Assembly (NCBI GenBank): GCA_964187785.1 | Contig: OZ076421.1 | Location: forward strand, 35,092,001-35,156,000 | DNA length: 64,000 bases | From: Amphiscolops sp. MND2022 | Lineage: Eukaryota | Direction of reading: 5' to 3' | In this document: positions 11,895 to 23,814 of the stretch, one piece after another | How the letters are laid out: each line of letters starts with the position of its first letter | Position numbering within the stretch: position 1 is the stretch's first letter | The notes under the pieces: generated by a model | Told to the model about the DNA's origin: nothing | The model's input: the letters and a program-made list of their open reading frames with translations, nothing else | Database searches by the model: none | Made by a program: the position numbers and the translations under genes

Positions 11895-13400
11895 TGCCCT
11901 GGGTTTATACAATGTAAGCGATGCAGTGCGGCAATCAAATTTACAGATCTCCACACACATGGAACATCGTTGAAAAACCATGTCATGCGCTATCACAGAC
12001 ATTTGGTTGACAAAGAAGGTACAATTTACTTTTGCTGGTCCCGCGCAAAAGCAGGGTACTGACTAAAAAGTAAGTTACTTTTTATTGCAATGAATTATCT
12101 GATTGGATTTTTGTTTGATTGGCAGTTATATACTTCGTAATGTTAAAAATAATTAGATAAATCATCTGAAATCAATTATTTGATTGACAGTTGTATACTT
12201 CATAATGATAAAAACATTAGGGACCGTCAAAAGTAAATTGTACCACGAAGAGGAAGCCAACAGAAATAAAATCCCGAAACTGGAGGATTATTATGTAAAA
12301 AAATGAAAACGATTATCCAACGTTACCAAAGCTACATAGGGTTACGATACCTCATTGCTGTTCAAGTCTTACCATTCCAAATTGTTGAGGATCCAATTTT
12401 CGAATGGGTTTTGGTTTTGGGGGCATTGATCGGACGGCGATAGCAGAAAAAAAACAAGCGTTCTGGCAAAAGACTGGCGTAACAAAATCACAAATATATT
12501 CAAGCAGAAACGTGTTTTATACATGCTGGACAGTTGGACAAACCCAATTTCTGAAAATCATCATTTGTGCTTTGTTTTGAAAATAAACGGCGAAATATTT
12601 TATTGGTCGAGTGTGGTGATTAACGACAAAACAGCTGCAATTATCAAAAGTGGTGCCATGAAAGTAATTGATCAAAATGAAGGACAAGGCGGCAGAGTCG
12701 TTGGTTGTGTCGCAGACAACGCAAGAAACATGCAAGCAGCATTGCGCATAATTTGCGAAGAAAAAGGAAACTGTTTCAATATCGCATGTTGTGTTCGCTT
12801 TTTAAACTTATTGACTGGAGAGGTATTCTGAAGCCTTGATGTTCTCAAGGCAGCTATGTAAAATATGGATGAACTTATTAACAACGAAGTTGAACAAATT
12901 AGTGCACAATCGTCCACGAGCAAACTTAGGCGCAAAGCTAGATGATATTCTATTCTTCGCTATAATTTTGAAAAGATCTCGAAGAATCAATCAGTGGATC
13001 AAGAAGTCGAGGAAATAAACAACGAAATCGAAATCTGGCAAGATTTTTATCATACCATCGATTAAATATCTTCATTTGGCGAAAATAAAATGATATTTTG
13101 TTTGAATTTGAGTTTTTCCCTGAGATAAATTGGAAAACAAGTGATCTCAGATGAGTGTGCTGTATACAGCGATGTATACAGCAAAAAATTCTGTACGCAG
13201 TGCACAGCAATTAATAGGAAATACAGCAATTTTCCCATCCCTAGTAAATACCCGACTGAAATGCTATTTTGCTCGACTTGTAATTTTGTGTGTCATTCTC
13301 TTGCATTACATTGGAATGCTGGCTTTCAGCGGTGGTTATGTTGATTTGAGTAACCTGGGTAAAGTAACGTTAATAAGATGGGTCGCATTAAGAGCGCTTG
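11895..13400 (+). pseudogene. hAT transposase relic with BED zinc finger and one intron
   Basis: CKRC...GTSLKNHVMRYH (BED), LPFQIVEDPIF, LDSWTN, VADNARNM and C..(R)FLNL hAT core motifs. TIRs not identified. Confidence 0.85.
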
Positions 13401-13599
13401 TTGGCAGCGCTTTTCCTTAAGCTGTTGAATAGACAAAATTTTGTATTTTACTCTTCATTTTCTTGAAACAAAATTATTTGCGCGGGATTTTTTCTACCAG
13501 TTTCTGCCAAAAGCTACTTGATGAAGGAAAGATTGAAACCACTTTCCGCTTGACCTACAGGTTAACAGGAATTCTTGTCTGATGATGGGGTCTGGGAAG

Positions 13600-14568
13600 C
13601 AAGAGTTCGGGGTTTGAGTCGCGTGCGAGATCATTTTAAATGCTTGCAAAAACGGAGGGAAAACAAGATCCCCATTTGAGACTTTTGGTCTCTGTGAAAT
13701 TTTTGGTCTCTGTCCTTACTCCTTTCGTTGTTTCGAGGAAACAGCATTTTGCGAACAGAGAGACACCTTTAAGGTTTTTCGGAACTGCGCGAATTTCCAC
13801 CAGCAATTTCGGTTTTTTGATGTTCTCTGCTGAGTAAAACCGTTTTGAGACTCGAAACCTACCGTAGTTGTTTTTTTGGTACAGAGACTGATGAGTTTTC
13901 ACATTGTGTTCCTAAGCTTCAATTTTCCGGCAGAAAGATTTTTGGAAAAAATCCTTTCACTAGGGGGTCACTCCTTTGGTCTGTTTTTAGTCGGCGCATT
14001 TTCCTTTAAGGAAAAAAGCCCGACTATTACAGTGGCTAGTTTTTTTTTCGTCAGACCACAGAGCTCATCGCGTATGTACCACTTTTTACAGAAACTGATA
14101 AGTTCACTCAGGCCAAGTTCCACCAATGCAAACTTACTGCAAAGGGTCCCCCCTTTCGTTTTTTACCTTTTTTACGTAACCTACAAAACCGGAAGACTCC
14201 AAAGGGTCCCCCCTTTCAATTTTTTTCGGCACTGTGCGAATTTTTTTTTCGAAAATTTTTAATTTTTCAAAAGAGTCCCCCCTTCGGATTTTTTGATATT
14301 TTGCAACAGAAAGTATGTTAATGAATACCAAAGGGTCCTCCCTTTTCATTTTTCGGCACTATGCGACGTTTTCGAAGTTTTTTCAAAAAAATTTTTTCAT
14401 TTCCAGTCGAGAAAAGTGATTTTCCAGTCATATCGAGCATGAAAGGCACACTTTGGGTGTCTCGAAAGTGTTTTCAAAGCTTTTCATGAATACATCCTGG
14501 GCATATTTAGAAAACTGAGCTTTTTGAGCCTTAGATATAGCGCCGACTTTAGACGTTCCCGTCTTGTT
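13600..14568 (+). repeat. Long composite Repeat A copy with degenerate B-box-like 5' part
   Basis: GGTTTGAGTCGC near 13610, AAGGGTCCCCC units at 14141-14340, terminus GCGCCGACTTTAGACGTTCCCGTCTTGTT ending at 14568. Confidence 0.75.
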
Positions 14569-15028
14569 AGTTGCATGAACTAGATTTATTTCCGTAAAGA
14601 CTTCTAAAGTTCAAAATATTGGGATGTCTTTTTTTCCAACAATTGAGGCCGGAAGGTGTCTGTTTTTTTCAAATCAATTGTGGTAGAGCCTAGACATACC
14701 TTGAACTAAATGTGAGAAAAAGAATATTTGAATATTTGAATTGATTTGGTCAGATAAATATGGTATGAACTAAAACACAAAACAATTTATATTTATTCAT
14801 ATGAGGAACACATATCTGGACGGGACGCAGAAAAGAGCTTTACAGCTCTAGGGTATACGCCCCCAAAAACAAAAGAAGAGTTGTCAGCTCCAATAAAGGA
14901 ATATACTAGGAATTCTGGAACTTTAACCAAAAATGAGGTTAAAAGATGTTTCACTGTCAAGGATGTACAGTTCTTTGAAATTCATTATGAACTTTTTTAA
15001 CATTATTTTGTCAATATTGTCTCCGAAA

Positions 15029-16751
15029 CTAGGCAATAGACTGTTTTTCATTAAAAAATTGTAACATTTTGTAACTCTCCCGGCTAATGAGTTTTTGGCT
15101 GCAACAGTTCGCGAAAAATGGGGTCGAATTAGTCCAGCAATTTGAGATCGAGTTAACCGTAGGAAACCTTTTGAAGATCCAATGATCTAATTGTCGAAAA
15201 ACCATAAATTTGAAATAGAGTCTCTTTGAATATTTCTTCAATGTAAAGTTCAAAAACTGTTTCTATTTTATGCTTCATAAACAAGTCAGAAACTGTAACG
15301 CTACGTTTTCTGAAGAAAATTGTTCGTATAATTCGTAATTCGTTTTTGCATTAATAGAATCTCATTCAGCACTGAATGTCTTGTACCGCCGTATATGAGC
15401 AAACCGTACAGTATAATTGGTTTTGCATATGCTTGATAAAACCTTAAGAGAGCTTTCCGGGAAAAACAATAACGTGCCTTGTAGACCAAACCATTAAATT
15501 TAGCTAATCTTTTCTGGATACTCGCTATATGGCTATGAAAATTCAATCTTTTGTCGATACTAACGCCTAGGTACTAGAATTTTTCTACAATGTCTTTTTC
15601 GCCTGCTAAACCCTCAAGTTCGTCAATTTCCGTTGCGGTTATTGTTTTTCCAAAGGAAAAAATTGTACACTTAGATACGTTGACAGTCATTTTGTTAACC
15701 GAAAATCATTGATTCATGCTTTCTAGATCCAATTCTACATCTTTTGTTACATTTCTACAGCTTTTAGAAGTTACAATTGCGGTATCATCAGCAAAAAGAA
15801 CCATGTTTGAATTCTTACATGTTTCAGGCAAATCATTTATGTATATCAAAAACAAAAGTGGGCCCAAGATTGAAACTTGTGGAACTCCACAATCAATGCT
15901 CCTCGATGAAGACTTTTGATTACCCGAAAAAAACGAATTGTTCTCTGTCAGATAAGTAATCTCTGAGCAAATTTTCAATTTGACCGCGTAGTCCAAAGCT
16001 ATTTAGTTTTTTAATAAGAAGATTGTGATCAACGGTATCAAAGGCTTTTTTAAAATCAATGAAAGCTGCCAAGCCATAGTGTTTTTTGTCAATTGTTTTT
16101 CTCATAAATTCAGTGATTTCTGCAATTGCATGTGCACAAGAAAAATTTTCTCTAAAACCGAATTGTTTGGGAGTTAGTAGTTTATGCTTCGCCAAAAATT
16201 TTGTTATTCGTTTGTGAATGAGTTTTTCAAAAATTTTGCTCAGGGAAGTCAAAAGACTAATAGGGCGATAATTATCCGGTAGGGAAAAATCACCTTTCTT
16301 TAAAAGCGGAAGAACTTTCGCAATTTTCATAGACTTAGGAAACTTTGAATCTTTTATAAATCTCATTGAAAATATTGGCTAAAAATTGACTAATTGAAGA
16401 TGCCGCAAGCCTCAAAAGTTTAAAAGAGATGCCATCATGACCAGAAGAAATTTTGTTCTTTAGGTGTTTGATTATACTGTAAACTTCAGATGCATCTGTC
16501 TCGAAGAGAGCGAAAGTTTGAACAGGTCCGTCCGCGTCGAAGTCAACATTGGGTAAGGATTCACTACACTCATTTGCAAGTTTTTTTCCAATACTTACAA
16601 AAAAATCATTAAATTTTTCAACGTCTACTTCTCTTTGTTTCTTGGTTTCTTTCCCACAAAAATGGTTAAAACAGTTGAATAATTCTTTTGAATTGCACAC
16701 GTTTTTGATTTTTTTCGTCATAATAGGATCGTTTAGCTTTCCGATTTTCAC
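15029..16751 (-). pseudogene. LINE ORF2 reverse transcriptase (frameshifted)
   Basis: DNYRPISLL, QFGFR, DFKKAFDTVDH, GVPQ.SILGPLLFLIYINDL and FADDT motifs across several frames. Confidence 0.9.
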
Positions 16752-17727
16752 TGGTGACCGAGTTACGGAGTTTCTTGTAAACTAACTCGTTCTTTTTGCT
16801 AGCCTCTTTTACGTAAGAGGCATGCGCTTTATCACGTTTATGAATCAAAGATTTGATATGGTTTGTTACCCAATTTGATCTTTTCTTCGTAGCATCAAAA
16901 GTTTTGTGTGGAGCATACTTCTCGGAAGCTGAATTCAGAACACCGGTGAGGTACTCTAATTGTCTTTCAACTGTGTCACACTGACATTTACGAAGTGCTT
17001 GATCTGTGTAAAACAAAAATTTCAAATGATGATCTTCTTTAGAAAAGCCGGAAAAATCACGAAACTGAATAACATCATTATCGTTGCAATGATTTGTGTC
17101 ATATAAAATAGGAAATCTCAATGCATAGTGATCACTGATTTTGTATTTGAGAGTTTCAACTTTTATTTCTTTAGTTGATATGCAGAGGTCAATGCATTTC
17201 GAAGTTGACAGAGTCTCTCGAGTAGGCTCTTCATTCTGCACAGATAGTCCGAATGCTTCCAAACAAAGTTCTAGTTTTTTGGTTTTATAGTCTAGATTAT
17301 CAAGAACATCAATATTGAAGTCTCCTACGAGTATGGAATCTCCTTTCATTTCAAACAAATCAGTTAGAAGACAACCCATTTCATCAAAAAGGACAGCTTT
17401 AGCATCTGGTGGTCTATAAATCAGGCAGACATTCAGCGGATCTAAAGCGTCCCGATGGATTGTGACAATTACGTGTTCAATATTAGATTTACATTTGGTT
17501 GTAGTGTAATTCACGTCTTCTCTCGCGTAGAAAGCTAAACCGCCACCAAGTTTGTTCAGTCTATTTGATGTTTCAATTTCAGAGTAGTCGTCGAGCCAAT
17601 AAAGGTCAATAGGGTCATTTCCTGTCAACCAAGTTTCACAAAGGCAAATCAACACAGGTTTTACTTCAAAATCACCAAAAGTAGTAATTAACTGGTCATG
17701 ATGGCACCTAAGTGAACGTATGTTCAT
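16666..17727 (-). CDS. LINE ORF2 apurinic endonuclease domain
   Basis: MNIRSL, LCETWL, GGGLAFY, IYRPP, VGDFNID, CIDL and ISDHY motifs. Confidence 0.9.
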   Translation of the reverse strand: MNIRSLRCHHDQLITTFGDFEVKPVLICLCETWLTGNDPIDLYWLDDYSEIETSNRLNKLGGGLAFYAREDVNYTTTKCKSNIEHVIVTIHRDALDPLNVCLIYRPPDAKAVLFDEMGCLLTDLFEMKGDSILVGDFNIDVLDNLDYKTKKLELCLEAFGLSVQNEEPTRETLSTSKCIDLCISTKEIKVETLKYKISDHYALRFPILYDTNHCNDNDVIQFRDFSGFSKEDHHLKFLFYTDQALRKCQCDTVERQLEYLTGVLNSASEKYAPHKTFDATKKRSNWVTNHIKSLIHKRDKAHASYVKEASKKNELVYKKLRNSVTSENRKAKRSYYDEKNQKRVQFKRIIQLF

Positions 17728-18829
17728 GTAAAAATGTCTGAGGTTTTAAAAGTTTCCACAGATTCCATCCTTATTGCAAGCTGACAAAAACTGAAGAAAA
17801 AACGCAAAGTTCAGAGTATTAAAGAAGTATTTGCAGTCAAACTTTAGGAAGTTTATGTTTTAAGTGTAGTGAGGTTTAGGTTTCAAACTATTTGTCCATT
17901 ATCATTTTTGAAACTTTTTAGAAATTTGACTGCAAGTTCATCAATTTACAGTCCCTCGTCCATTGATGTCATTATCGCGATAGAAGTTTTTCGAAAATTG
18001 CAGGCCCTCCTCATCTGGTGACGACCGTATTCGTTTCAATAAAGATTTCATTTGATTTTCCACGAGTTTGGATGGTTCAGGCGTCATTGCAACTTTTTCA
18101 TGCTGCTTTTGAGATGGCTTGACTTTTCTAACGGCTATGTCTTTGATATCATGTACCGCTTTCACAGAATTCAACTTGACGCTTTTGTATCTTCCATCGA
18201 AACTTCTGGTAAAAGCTTTTACTTGGCAATTGTATGTAGTTGTTAGTGTGAAAAAAAGAAAGTGTGAAAAAAATTACATTACGTAAAGTTAACAATATGT
18301 CAAAGTTAGCCATAGTGGCAAAATAACTATTGCCATAATTCAGAATTTCATACAAATTTACAGTTGCTATTCAAATTCGTTCTTATCCGCACTGAGTTCG
18401 TCAGATATACCAGAATAATTTATTGGCAGAAAAATATCGCACTGCCACTCAACTGGTTGAAATTGAAGTTACATGTCAAAATTGACCAGTTTAATATCAC
18501 TTTTCTAGTCACGCGGTGTTTATTTTTTTTCAAGATAAAATTGACCCATGGTTGATACATTTTGTGCGGTTTCCAGAACACAGTTCCAGTGTAATTACCT
18601 CGTGAAGCTTCAAGATAATTTTTGTGGGAGTTGCAGTCTCTCAGCGGATGAAACTGTTTTCAAGGAACCTTGGGCTTTCAGACAAAAAATCAGAACTGTT
18701 AACGTTATATCCTCGATTTTTAAAATCTTGCCAGGTTGTTGTCGGAGTTCCCATCTGTTTAGTATACAACTTTCGTGTCTTTCCAACTTGACATACGATA
18801 ATGCTGTTCTGAGATATTTTTAATGTTAG

Positions 18830-19069
18830 TTTCAACATATGATTCATCCATTCATTTCTTACATTAGATTATTAGTTTCATTGACTCCCCAATGTTTCCA
18901 TTAATTATATTTTCGGTGCGATCAAGGTGTGATACAAACTTAAAGTTGATTTACCTTAATATTGTTGATTTCCATTACTAGCATTCAGTTGCCCAAATTT
19001 CTTTAAAGTTCTCTACAATGATTATCAAGAATGATGATTACAAATATCTTTTCGGTACATAACCTATAA
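18830..19069 (+). repeat. Copia 5' LTR (240 bp)
   Basis: Matches 23591-23814 with 8 substitutions and one 16-bp indel (counted by eye). Confidence 0.95.
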
Positions 19070-19084
19070 GGTTATGTGGCCCAG
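19070..19084 (+). promoter_or_regulatory. Copia primer-binding site GGTTATG(T)GGCCCAG
   Basis: Directly follows the 5' LTR and is the Drosophila copia-type GGTTATGGGCCCAG site with one extra T. Confidence 0.8.
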
Positions 19085-19622
19085 AACGATTCCACTGGAG
19101 TCTGTGATCCCAAGTGATTGAATGGGACATTAGAGGAGCAACATTTTCTGCGAGAAAAAATGACGATTTCAAAGAAAAGGTTGGAATTTGACAAAAAAAG
19201 AGTCTGCGGACAGTTGAAGAGAAAGTTCTACAATTGGATTTCACAACTTTACGAAAACTTTTTGAACCCATAAAGTATTACGGAAAACTTCAAACTTTCT
19301 CATTAATTAGTGCTAGATCCCTTCCCATATAAGAAACTCCCCTTTGAATTTTTTAAAAAAGATTTTTTTTATAACAAAATGCATTTCATTTCAGGATGAT
19401 GAAATCAAATAGAAATTAGAGTTTCAGACTCTGATTGACTAAATAGTGATAAAAAAAGTTCACTTTTGTTTTGTTAGCAGATTTGCCGTAGAGTAAATAG
19501 CTTGTCATCAATTCGAAATAAAAAAAATGGTTGCCTAATTTTTTTATTATTTGAATTTTGATTTTAAAATCAATAATATTTGTTATCTGAGTGTTTGTAG
19601 TGAGTGTTGCAAGCTTGATTGT

Positions 19623-22600
19623 CATGGCTGTGAGTGTCCAAACGAAGTTGGAAAGTATCAAATTTTCAGGGAGCGAGGATGACTTTGTTATGTTTTGTGA
19701 ACAGTTTGAAGCTAGAATGTATTTGTTGGGACTGTTTGGTGTGCTGAATGGAAGTGAGGGTGTTCAGTCTTGTAGACCGAAAGCAAGAAGTGGTTCATCG
19801 AGAGAAGAAAGGCAGGTGATGAAGCTGATGAAAAGGCGGCGGAAATTTTTGCTGACAAAAAGTATAAGATCTGGTGCGAATTGGTACAATGCTTGGATAA
19901 AAAGTCTCTGTTGTTCGGAAGAAGTTACAAAGATGATGGTCCAGCTGCGTGGAAAACCTTGTGCGACAGTTTTAAGAGTTTTGAGCGTCCTCGGTTGCAG
20001 CAGCTGATTGAGAAACTGACCTCACTTAGAAAAGATCAAAATGAAACCATTGTTGATTACATTACGAGAGCTGAAGACCTACAATACAACCTAAGTCAGG
20101 TGGACGAAGCGCTAAGCGAGCAAATGTTTATATCAATATTGTGCCCTCGTAAAGTTTACCAAGGAAACCAAAAGTTTGGACGAGGTAAAGAGGGATCTGA
20201 TAAACTTCGACACCGACCGAAGGAAACCAAGAGCAGAAGAAACCACGTTCCTCAGTCGAAACGAAGTTAAATGTCATCTCTGTGGAGGACCAGGTCACAA
20301 ATCATTTGAGTACACAAAAAACACGTACAGAGACCAAGCAAACTAAGAGTTTTGGACAACCTCGCGTCTGTTTCAAATGCAGTAAACCAGGACATATAGC
20401 GAAGTTTTGCCCATCCCAAGTGACTTCCCGCGATAGTAAGCATCGAATGCCGGAAAGATTTTGTAACCACTGCAAGAAAAAAGGACACACCTTAAGTACC
20501 TGTTTCAAATTGAGAGGAAACCAAAGCAACCAAGGAACCGATGAGGCAAGATTAGCCGTGCAACAGGATGACTCAGGCAAAAATGAGGAGGTCCAATTTT
20601 CATTCTTTGCAAATGAAGATATTGAAGTGAGTAAAAATGACCTGGTGGTAGATAGTGGTTGCACGAACCACATGATAAAAGACAGGAAACTGTTTGCCGA
20701 ACTGAATGAGGAGATAGAAGGAGTTGTTGGATGTGCCAACAAGACGGAGTCGAAACTGTGGGGAAAAGGCCGTGCTGTCTTCTGTGTAAAGGATAGCGAA
20801 GGTAACGCGAGAACAGTGGAGTTGCGGGATGCGTTGTACGTGCCGGCGTACGACAGAAACCTAGTGTCCGTAGCGCGACTGAAGAAAGTCGGGGTGGAGA
20901 TTCGTTTCGGAGAGGAAAACTCCTTAACGACGTCTGATGGAACCAAGTTTCACATAGAGCAAGAAAATAATTAGTTCGTTTGGAGAATAGTCCCTGATTT
21001 GAGAGTAACCAAGCATGAGACATGCCTATCCAGTAAACTAAGTAAGTGGCATGACCGACTGGGTCATAATAACTGGGAGGATTCGAAAAAGTTGAAGGAA
21101 CATGTTGTTGGAATGGATGTGTGTGAAAATGATGTGTTCGTGTGTGAAGTGTGTGAGGTTAACAAAGCCAAAAGAAGACCTGTACCCAAAGACTGCATTA
21201 CACGGGCCAAAGAGCCATTGGACTACGTACATTGTGACGTCCTAGGCCCAGTGTCACCAGTTTCGGTGGATGGTCATAAGTACGACATCGGATTCCAAGA
21301 TAGTTACAGTCGCTATGGTAAGATTTATTTCATGAAAAGCCGTGACGAAGTAGCAGCGAAATTTGAGCAGTACTGTGCAGATATAGGGAAACCAAGAGTT
21401 CTTGTAACCGACTGTGCAAAGAGTTCGTTGGCGGTGACATGAAGACATTTTGTAGGAACAAAGGCATCAGACAGGAAACATCTGCACCGTATACACCGGA
21501 GGAAAATGGGAAAATTAAGACAGTGTGGGGAACAATTTGCGGAATGGCCAGGTGTATGATCCATCGGGCCAACATGGACAAAGAATATTGGACATACGCA
21601 CTGAACTATGCATTTTACATCAAAAACTTGCTCCTACACTCAGCAACCAAGCAAACTCCATATGAGAGGATGTACGGTGAAAGGCCAAATTTAAGCTTTA
21701 AAAAAGTGTTTGGCTGCAAAGTTTACAGTTTTGTGGAGAAGCAATTCAGAGGAAAATTCGACGAGAGAGCAAAAGTGGGAGTCTTTCTAGGTTTTGCAGA
21801 GAACAGCAAACTGTACATAGTTGGATTAGAGGAAAACGGCGCAACCAAGAAGATCAAAACAAGAAGTGTGAGGTTTAATGAGGATGAGTTTTACTTTGGA
21901 ACCAAGGAAGGTCAACCAAGTGTGAACAACATCCCATCCAATCAAGTTCATGACACAGATGTTGCGGGCGATGAAGTGTCATTCAATGCAAAGAAGGAAC
22001 AAAGTCAGGTTAAGCTACCATGTTTCGTTCAAGAAGCCTTGAGTGATCCCCAGTGGAAGGAAGCAATGAAAACTGAATTCGATTCCTTCTGTAGTAACCA
22101 AGTTTGGACATTGGAGAAACTACCGAAAGGAACTAAGCCATTGAGAGGAAAATGGCATTTTGCGATGAAACACAACGAAGACGGAAGTTTCAAGAAGTGC
22201 AAAGCCAGATTTGTTGCGAAAGGTTTTGCACAAGTTGACGGTCGCGATTTCTTCGAACCCTATTCACCAACTGCGAGAATGTCTACAATACGGATTCTGT
22301 TGAACCTAGCAGCGCAGTATCAAGTAAAACCAAGACAGATGGACATCAAAACAGCATAATTGAATGCAGACATAGAAGAAAACATCTACATGGAACAACT
22401 GGAAGGCTTTGAAGTCAAAAAATAACGAAGGTAACCAAGTGTACTGTAAGTTGCGAAAGAGTTTATACGGACTTAAACAGTCTGGGCGCAACTGGTATTT
22501 AACACTAAAGATGTTCCCAGAAAAGAATTGGATTCCGAGCATGTATAAACGACAAAAGCTTGTTTGTGAGAGGTACTGGTGATGAGGTGTGTGTTGTGTG

Positions 22601-23550
22601 TGTGTGGGTGGATGATATGCTTTATTGGGGACGACAGGATGCTTTTGTTGGATGGTTCGAGAAGAAAGTGAAAGAACAGTTTGAAGTGAGTGACTGTAGT
22701 TCATTACATTGGTTCCTCAGGATGAAGATAGACGTTAGAGAAAGCGAAATCGCAGTAAGTCAGGAGAAGTATATTGACGATCTTTTGAGACGCTACAACA
22801 TGAAAGCGTGTAAACCAGTACAAAATCCGTTACCAGAAAATACCAAGTTCGAACGAGAAAGTAACAAAGAACAAGATTATGACGAACAAAGCATAATGGA
22901 ATGACGAGACTATAGAGGATTAGTTGGTAGTTTGAACTACTTAGCACTTAGCAGTCGTCCTGACATTGCTCATGCCTCTCACGCCTTAAGTAGTTTCCTA
23001 GAGCACCCATCAAAAGAACATTGGATGGCCGGAAAACGAATTTTGAGGTATTTGAAAGGAACCAAGCCACATGAACTCGTGTTTAGAATGTGTGAAGGTG
23101 GCGTGTATGTTTGTGCTTTCTCTGACGCAGATTGGGCCGGTGAGTTGACATCGAGAAAGAGTACAAGTGGCGTGTGTGTGAAATTGAACAGTGTGAGTGG
23201 TTGTGTGTGTTGGACCAGTAAGTTGCAAGCTAGTGTTGCTCTGTCAACAGCCGAAACTGAAGTCAATCCTTGCACTGTTGCTGTGCAAGAGTTGTCGTAT
23301 GTCTGTGGTGTATTGAGTGAGCTTGGAGTTGTTGTGGTGAAACCTGTGAGCGTGTTTGTTGACAATCAAGCATGCATAACTCTAAGTAAACACTCAATCC
23401 ATCATAACAAGACAAAACATAAAAACTTGCTTCCTTCAGGAAAAAACAGAAAAAGGCGAAATTTTACTGGAATTTTTACCTACAGATAGAATGCCGGCAG
23501 ATCTGCTAACAAAACCTTTAGGGAAAATAGAAACAGAACTTTTCACTAAC
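19623..23550 (+). pseudogene. Copia gag-pol (frameshifted, with stops)
   Basis: CCHC knuckles, VVDSGCTNHM protease, WHDRLGH..CEVC and HCDVLGP integrase, KARFVAKGF and VWVDDML RT, FSDADWAG RNase H. Confidence 0.93.
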
Positions 23551-23577
23551 ATTTTGCTGTGCCCTTGATATAGCACC

Positions 23578-23590
23578 GAAAAAGGGGGAG
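23578..23590 (+). promoter_or_regulatory. Copia polypurine tract
   Basis: GAAAAAGGGGGAG immediately before the 3' LTR. Confidence 0.85.
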
Positions 23591-23814
23591 TTTCAACATA
23601 TGATTCATCCATTCATTTCTTACATTAGATTATTCGTTTCATTGACTTCCCAATGTTTCCATTATTTATATTTTCGGTGCGATCAAGGTGTTGATTTACC
23701 TTAATATTGTTGATTTCCATTACTAGCATTCAGTTGCCCAAATTTCTTTAAAGTTCTGTACATTAATTAACAAGAATGATGATTACAAATATCTTTTCGG
23801 TACATAGCCTATAA
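23591..23814 (+). repeat. Copia 3' LTR (224 bp)
   Basis: Direct repeat of 18830-19069. Confidence 0.95.

Larger units (their letters stand above)
14785..17830 (-). mobile_element. Non-LTR retrotransposon (CR1/L2-Jockey group), LINE copy 1
   Basis: ORF1 3' remnant (...ACNKDGICGNF*), APE endonuclease, RT, 3' UTR hairpin and an AATAAAT-type tail at about 14785-14800. Confidence 0.9.
18830..23814 (+). mobile_element. Full-length Ty1/Copia LTR retrotransposon, 5-bp TSD GTTAG
   Basis: Two LTRs, PBS, PPT and domain order gag-PR-INT-RT-RH. GTTAG at 18825-18829 and 23815-23819. Confidence 0.95.

Noticed and set aside
11348-13516. 13-bp direct repeat CTGCCAAAAGCTA bracketing the hAT relic as its TSD
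   Set aside because: hAT TSDs are 8 bp, no TIR lies inside the repeats, and a chance match at this distance is plausible.
18641-18643. Selenocysteine readthrough at the in-frame TGA of the reconstructed exon
   Set aside because: No selenoprotein motif or SECIS was identified, and the locus is TE-disrupted.
20267-23365. Long antisense ORFs inside the Copia (e.g. 20302-20946, 20505-21023) and similar ones in the BEL and Gypsy
   Set aside because: These are shadows of the coding strand with no recognisable motifs.
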